64,000 nucleotides of DNA from Lysobacterales bacterium (GTDB taxonomy: Bacteria; Pseudomonadota; Gammaproteobacteria; Xanthomonadales; SZUA-5): positions 32,001 through 96,000 of the forward strand of contig JALHMH010000012.1 of the NCBI GenBank assembly GCA_022844165.1. Direction: 5' to 3'. Below, one piece after another: positions 61,176 to 64,000 of the stretch (the stretch's first letter is position 1; the number at the start of each line of letters is the position of its first letter). The position numbers and the translations under genes were made by a program. Under the pieces are notes generated by a model, which was given only the letters and a program-made list of their open reading frames with translations, was not told the origin of the DNA and ran no database searches.

Positions 61176-63119
61176 GTGAAGTTAAATCGTCTGACGCTTG
61201 GCGTCACATCCGTACTGCTGTTTCCTCTGACTGTTGGCGCAGCCGATATCGTTCCTAAGCAATTGGCGGGGCCTCCGGCAGAATTTGCAGCGATGCAGCC
61301 TGCGGATCCGGCAGAAGCGGCGGTGCATTCGAAAAGCGCCTTGTTGCCAGTTAGCCTGGGCGCCGACAAAGCTGGAGGATTCTCCAGTGAAATCGCTTTG
61401 CCCGTCGAGAGCGACAAACTAAGATTCCTGGTCTTGAATGGCGGAGCGTTGGATTGGTCAACGACGATGCGCGCGCCGAATGGCCGTAGTGAAAAGTCTG
61501 CGCGCGCACTCGCCACAGATGCACGCCAGGCCGACTTTGGCATCGATAACGCAACCCACCCAGCAGACTATTACGCGTTTGATGGCATCAGTGAGGGCAC
61601 GTGGAAACTCAAGTTGCGTTCGACCAGCGGAGCGACGCGCAACGGCTTTGTCCTGCTCGAAGGCGATTCGAGCACGCAATTGGTTTCCTATCTGGCGCAT
61701 CGCAGGCAGCTGGTCGGCGAGTACATTTTTGTGGTTGCGACGGCGACGAACGAGTCGTCGGACGAATTGAAGTCGGGCCACAACGCAGCACCATCCATGT
61801 CGATGTCGATGCGCGTAACGTATCCAACCGGCGACATTTTGACGATCACGATGTTCGACGACGGCCAGCATAGCGATGGTGCGGCTGGCGATGGCATCTT
61901 TGGCGGCCGTTTTTTGGCGGACAAAGCCGGCAACTACCTGGCACAAGTGCGCCTCGATGGCACGAACGTCGAAGGGCGGCAGTTCGTTCGCACCGCCGAA
62001 CATCCGATTCCAGTGGTCGAGCGCTCGCTGTCGCTCTCCGGCCACAAAGCCAGTGCGAGAACGAATTCTGACAGTGCGCGCCTGACGCTGGCAGTGCCAG
62101 TTGTGACGACAGAAAAGTCTCAATCGCACTACCGGGGATATGCGGAAGTTTGGGGAACCGACGGGGCGGGCCAGTGGGTTCCGGTTGCGTGGGTCTCGGG
62201 CATGCTTTCCCCGAGCGACGGCATGCTGGGTTTTGGCCTCGACAAACGCTGGATCGCACTGGCGGGTGCACGCGCGCCGTTCGAGCTTCGAAATGTGCGT
62301 TTCGAGGATACCAACGGCTATGTGACGGTTGCTGACGCGAACCGACTGGCGTTGCAAATGCCGGACCTGACGATTGACAAGGCCGCGCCCGGAAGTATCG
62401 CGATCGATGAGGCGATGACCATGGGCGTGCGCCCGGCGTCATTGAATGCAGAAAAGGGCACTGGAAAGCGTTTGTTACTGGTCCATGGCTATTGCTCGGG
62501 CGGTGTCTGGCCGGCTGCGCAGTTCAGCAATGCGTCGACTTTCCTGGACGCCAATCAGAACCGGACTCACGACCAGTTTGCGCGTTTGATCTCGGGCTTC
62601 GGCAATACGTGGAACTCATTTGGTGTTGTGGCGCACAGTCAGGGCGGCGCAGCTTCGCTGCATCTGTACAACTACTATTGGAGCGGGCTCGATCGCGCCA
62701 CCGGCAATCGTTTGATTCAGTCCGTCGGTACGCCATATCAAGGTACCAATCTCGCCGGCATTCTGGCGACATTGGGATCCTGGTTTGGCGTCGGCTGCTC
62801 ATCCAACAATGACTTGACCTACAGCGGGGCAAGCGCCTGGTTAGCTGGTATCCCGACTTCGTCGCGGGCGAAAGTGAACTACTACACGACCTCGTTTCGC
62901 TCGACGAACTGGTGGACAAACGACTATTGCCAGTTCGCGACGGATCTGGTGCTGAGCGATCCGGAAGACGGCACCACGGAGCAAGCAAAGGGTCAACTCT
63001 CTGGTGCGATGAATCGTGGCCACACAACGGGACAATGCCACACCGCTAATATGCGCGACCCGGCGCAGTACCTCGACTCGTCACGGAACGCGACGATGAA
63101 TGCGAATGCCGCGCGCTGA
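61176..63119 (+). CDS. Conditioned medium factor (CMF)-like secreted protein: choice-of-anchor X region plus C-terminal alpha/beta hydrolase
   Basis: Signal peptide, LAGPPAEF, DDGQHSDGAAGDGIFGG, LLLVHGYCS, AHSQGG, DPEDG and GQCHT motifs. Confidence 0.8.
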   Translation: MKLNRLTLGVTSVLLFPLTVGAADIVPKQLAGPPAEFAAMQPADPAEAAVHSKSALLPVSLGADKAGGFSSEIALPVESDKLRFLVLNGGALDWSTTMRAPNGRSEKSARALATDARQADFGIDNATHPADYYAFDGISEGTWKLKLRSTSGATRNGFVLLEGDSSTQLVSYLAHRRQLVGEYIFVVATATNESSDELKSGHNAAPSMSMSMRVTYPTGDILTITMFDDGQHSDGAAGDGIFGGRFLADKAGNYLAQVRLDGTNVEGRQFVRTAEHPIPVVERSLSLSGHKASARTNSDSARLTLAVPVVTTEKSQSHYRGYAEVWGTDGAGQWVPVAWVSGMLSPSDGMLGFGLDKRWIALAGARAPFELRNVRFEDTNGYVTVADANRLALQMPDLTIDKAAPGSIAIDEAMTMGVRPASLNAEKGTGKRLLLVHGYCSGGVWPAAQFSNASTFLDANQNRTHDQFARLISGFGNTWNSFGVVAHSQGGAASLHLYNYYWSGLDRATGNRLIQSVGTPYQGTNLAGILATLGSWFGVGCSSNNDLTYSGASAWLAGIPTSSRAKVNYYTTSFRSTNWWTNDYCQFATDLVLSDPEDGTTEQAKGQLSGAMNRGHTTGQCHTANMRDPAQYLDSSRNATMNANAAR

Positions 63120-63157
63120 TTGTTGGCTTTTTTCATCCCGTTCTTCTGCTGCCCAGG

Positions 63158-63334
63158 CAGGCTGTTGAGAGACCAGCCTGCTGGTGCGAACCGGCGATGG
63201 TTCGCTGATGGATCGAGCATGTTGGGGCCCGGCGGCTGCGCCGCCGGGCCGGAAACGCGAAGCGCGGGGTTTTAGCAAGTACTTTGCCGAGCGAAGCCAA
63301 CAATGCTGGGTGGTCTAAGGCGAAGCCTCGCCAG
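63158..63334 (-). repeat. Chimeric repeat copy D (module L and 5' half of the CTRG element joined to MITE end R2)
   Basis: 63226-63334 minus strand matches the first ~110 nt of copies A/B. 63158-63205 matches the left half of the 36703 MITE. Confidence 0.8.
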
Positions 63335-63397
63335 GGGTTAATTCTTGGAAAGCCAGTCCGGACGTGCGCCGGACTCGCGACCTCTGCAACGCACCCG

Positions 63398-63448
63398 AAC
63401 CCCATTCAAAAAGGGGGCTTCAAACGCCAAAGTCGTTTCGTGGAAACA
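63398..63448 (+). repeat. Degenerate internal fragment of the CTRG element
   Basis: ACCCCATTCAAAAAGGGGGCTTCAAACGCCAAAGTCG versus copy A ACCCCCTAAACTTAAGGGGCTGCAAAAGCCAAAGCCG. Confidence 0.55.
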
Positions 63449-63531
63449 TGGTCCACGTTGCCAGCTTCCGCTCGGATAAGGGTTTTGGACGGTTCACGCA
63501 TTGAGCGGCAAGAACGCGAATGACATCAACA

Positions 63532-63686
63532 TTGTGTTGTCGACCGAACTGCGCCTACAATGGGCGGCTTGCCTGGCGACTACATTTCGCCGCAGCTCTC
63601 ACGTTTTGCTCGGATGTCCGACATGGCAGAGGCCCGACGGGCATCTGGGCTTGACGCTTATCTTATTCATAGACAAGGAGTTCATC
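63532..63686 (+). promoter_or_regulatory. Putative sigma70 promoter and structured 5' leader of rpsO
   Basis: TTGTGT-N18-TACAAT at 63532-63561; leader hairpin GATGTCCG...CGGGCATC; AAGGAG RBS. Confidence 0.4.
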
Positions 63687-63956
63687 ATGCCTCTGACCGC
63701 AGCCCAATCGGGCGAAGTGATCAAAAACCATGCCCGTACCGCAAATGACACTGGATCGCCGGAAGTTCAAGTCGCGCTGTTGACTGCTCGAATTGAGCAG
63801 TTGTCAAAGCATTTTGAAGGTCACAAGAAAGACCATCATTCTCGTCGGGGGTTGCTCAAGCTCGTCAACCAGCGGCGTCAGCTGTTGGCGTACTTGAAGC
63901 GCAAGGACGATGCCCGCTACCGCGCATTGATCGGAAAACTGGGCCTGCGCCGCTAA
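63687..63956 (+). CDS. rpsO: 30S ribosomal protein S15
   Basis: [25 protein letters not shown] and LGLRR motifs. Confidence 0.98.
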   Translation: MPLTAAQSGEVIKNHARTANDTGSPEVQVALLTARIEQLSKHFEGHKKDHHSRRGLLKLVNQRRQLLAYLKRKDDARYRALIGKLGLRR

Positions 63957-64000
63957 GCCGAATTAAGCGAACGCCAGCGAGAACGAGACGAGCGACACGA

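Overview
GC-rich gammaproteobacterial chromosome window. Gene content (MurD2-type ligase, conditioned-medium-factor homolog, a protein with a DGFE-type tail, an S8 protease with a P domain) suggests Xanthomonadales/Lysobacterales; this placement is inferred. Most of it is housekeeping: tRNA-Leu(CAA), yhbY/rlmE-ftsH-folP, pyrG-kdsA-eno-ftsB-ispD-ispF-truD, potFGHI, secB-gpsA, sbcB and rpsO. It also carries a GldA/F/G-DUF4340 ABC operon, a sigma54 two-component pair, three GGDEF/EAL proteins and an adenylate cyclase-FHA protein. I saw no transposase, integrase, prophage or CRISPR array. Two things stand out. (1) A six-gene exported-protein cluster (DUF4331, TPR, HupE/UreJ, CbiL/NikL-like, TonB receptor, DUF4198). 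Four of its proteins are predicted to begin with His after signal cleavage and DUF4331 begins Ser-Ser-His (ATCUN-like), suggesting an undescribed Ni/Cu relay serving DUF4331. (2) A dense family of hairpin-rich, non-coding intergenic elements, with about 7 copies or fragments in 64 kb. Full copies are flanked by CTRG or TTAG 4-bp direct repeats, appear built from interchangeable end modules, and overlap the stop codons or ribosome-binding site of neighbouring genes. All family assignments come from visual motif recognition, not database searches.
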